NCBI GenBank assembly: GCA_004556165.1 | Contig: SFIR01000001.1 | Coordinates: forward strand, 66,336-130,335 | Length of the DNA: 64,000 nucleotides | Origin: Clostridiales bacterium | GTDB lineage: Bacteria > Bacillota > Clostridia > Christensenellales > CAG-138 | Direction: 5' to 3' | Shown: one piece after another, positions 63,306 through 64,000 of the stretch | Numbering within the stretch: position 1 is the stretch's first letter | Layout of the letters: the number at the start of each line of letters is the position of its first letter | The notes under the pieces: generated by a model | Told to the model about the DNA's origin: nothing | The model's input: the letters and a program-made list of their open reading frames with translations, nothing else | The model's database searches: none | Translations under genes and position numbers: made by a program

Positions 63306-64000
63306 ATACATCCTCCCCGAAGTCGATTCCAAGCTTCTTTAATTCATCCATGGAATAGCTGCGCTGGTCGTATTTAAGCGCCTTGTTGACGGCCTTTTTT
63401 GCGGTACTCTTCCCTGTCGTTTCGGAATGATAATTCATTCTGACGATATAATCCTTAGCTGCGGAAACGCCGGATATCCCTTCGGAATGCCATTTGCCGA
63501 GGAGCTTTTTTGTTTCGGCAAACGGGTGCACGCTTGCCGAGGCAACCTCGGCAGCATAGAACATGAGCTCCGGCGACATTTTCCAGTCCTTATACCATAT
63601 TTCGACCTGCTGGCGCTGAGCACTGCCCGGATTGCGGTTTGAAAGCCCGGCAATCACATATATGCGTCGGGTAATCTCGGCAATAACATCCTGCTCATGG
63701 GAAATCTCGATCATCTTTTCTGCGGAAACAGTGCCGCTTTCATGGTAATTTGAAAGAACAGCATCCAGATATTTGAAGGTAGGGCGGTCGCTCCCCACAA
63801 CTTCTTTGCAGGCATATTCTATGCTCTCGTCGGTGAAGCCCCATTCGTTTATCCATTTAGAATACATCTCGAGCTCGTCCTCCGTGGGTCTGCGTGAAAG
63901 CCTCCATCTCTTGAGTATTGCGGCAGCACCGGTCATGGCGTCGGCTTCGATACGGAAGCATTCGCTTACATCTTCCAAACTCAGGAATCTTTCTGCGGCA
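63295..64000 (-). CDS. DnaD-domain replication protein (frame open to right window edge)
   Basis: ..RPTFKYLDAVLSNYHESG.. is a DnaD-like repeat. The minus-strand frame has no stop up to nt 64000, so the 5' end may lie outside the window. Confidence 0.7.
   Translation of the reverse strand, partial: AAERFLSLEDVSECFRIEADAMTGAAAILKRWRLSRRPTEDELEMYSKWINEWGFTDESIEYACKEVVGSDRPTFKYLDAVLSNYHESGTVSAEKMIEISHEQDVIAEITRRIYVIAGLSNRNPGSAQRQQVEIWYKDWKMSPELMFYAAEVASASVHPFAETKKLLGKWHSEGISGVSAAKDYIVRMNYHSETTGKSTAKKAVNKALKYDQRSYSMDELKKLGIDFGEDVYED

Noticed and set aside
1-64000. CRISPR arrays, tRNA/rRNA genes, transposases/integrases and prophage blocks
   Set aside because: By eye I found no regularly spaced repeats, no tRNA T-loop/acceptor patterns, no DDE or tyrosine-recombinase motifs and no phage structural genes. 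A tRNAscan, CRISPR-finder and ISfinder run would be needed to exclude small elements formally.
62307-64000. The DnaD-like plus DnaC-like pair as a prophage or ICE replication module
   Set aside because: No integrase, repressor or other mobile-element genes are adjacent within the window. The pair matches the chromosomal DnaB(DnaD-like)/DnaI loader arrangement common in Firmicutes. The sequence beyond 64000 was not visible.

Overview
This is a 64-kb chromosomal segment from a spore-forming Firmicute (class Clostridia, probably Ruminococcus/Oscillospiraceae-like). That call rests on a complete spoIIIA operon, an rplU-prp-rpmA operon, a dockerin-bearing protein and standard code-11 stops. I saw no rRNA, tRNA, CRISPR array, transposase or integrase. 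The housekeeping blocks are rplM-rpsI, ylmC/nrdR/pgeF, spoIIIAA-AH, rplU-prp-rpmA, tig-clpP-clpX-rqcH and a dnaD/dnaC-like pair. The metabolic blocks are a LacI-controlled maltodextrin ABC/malQ/msmK operon and a THF-dependent histidine-utilisation operon. The left 14 kb is accessory-like and holds the most interesting content:
- A DrrAB-like ABC-2 exporter is encoded in one operon with a MerR/GyrI-like regulator, a short UvrA paralogue that lacks the UvrB-binding domain (DrrC-like), and a DUF1653 protein. A textbook MerR-type promoter (over-long spacer plus a 16-bp palindrome) sits in front of it.
- A degraded RHS/YD-repeat core tip lies in an apparently ORF-free gap, next to two AT-rich small genes.
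- A frameshifted small gene is translationally coupled to a second ABC-2 exporter.
- A truncated GNAT (YoaP-like) remnant carries an in-frame TGA.

Elsewhere:
- A lipoyl-less E2-type acyltransferase reads DERIADG where DHRxxDG is expected, and it is paired with an acyl-adenylate ligase.
- A membrane-anchored NERD nuclease with a Zn ribbon sits in an AT-rich islet.
- A 58-codon spoIIIAF is missed by the ORF track.
- A CotH-dockerin protein lies next to a CHAP/PG-binding hydrolase.
- Several promoter, operator and terminator structures are listed.

All family assignments come from motif recognition by eye, not from database searches.
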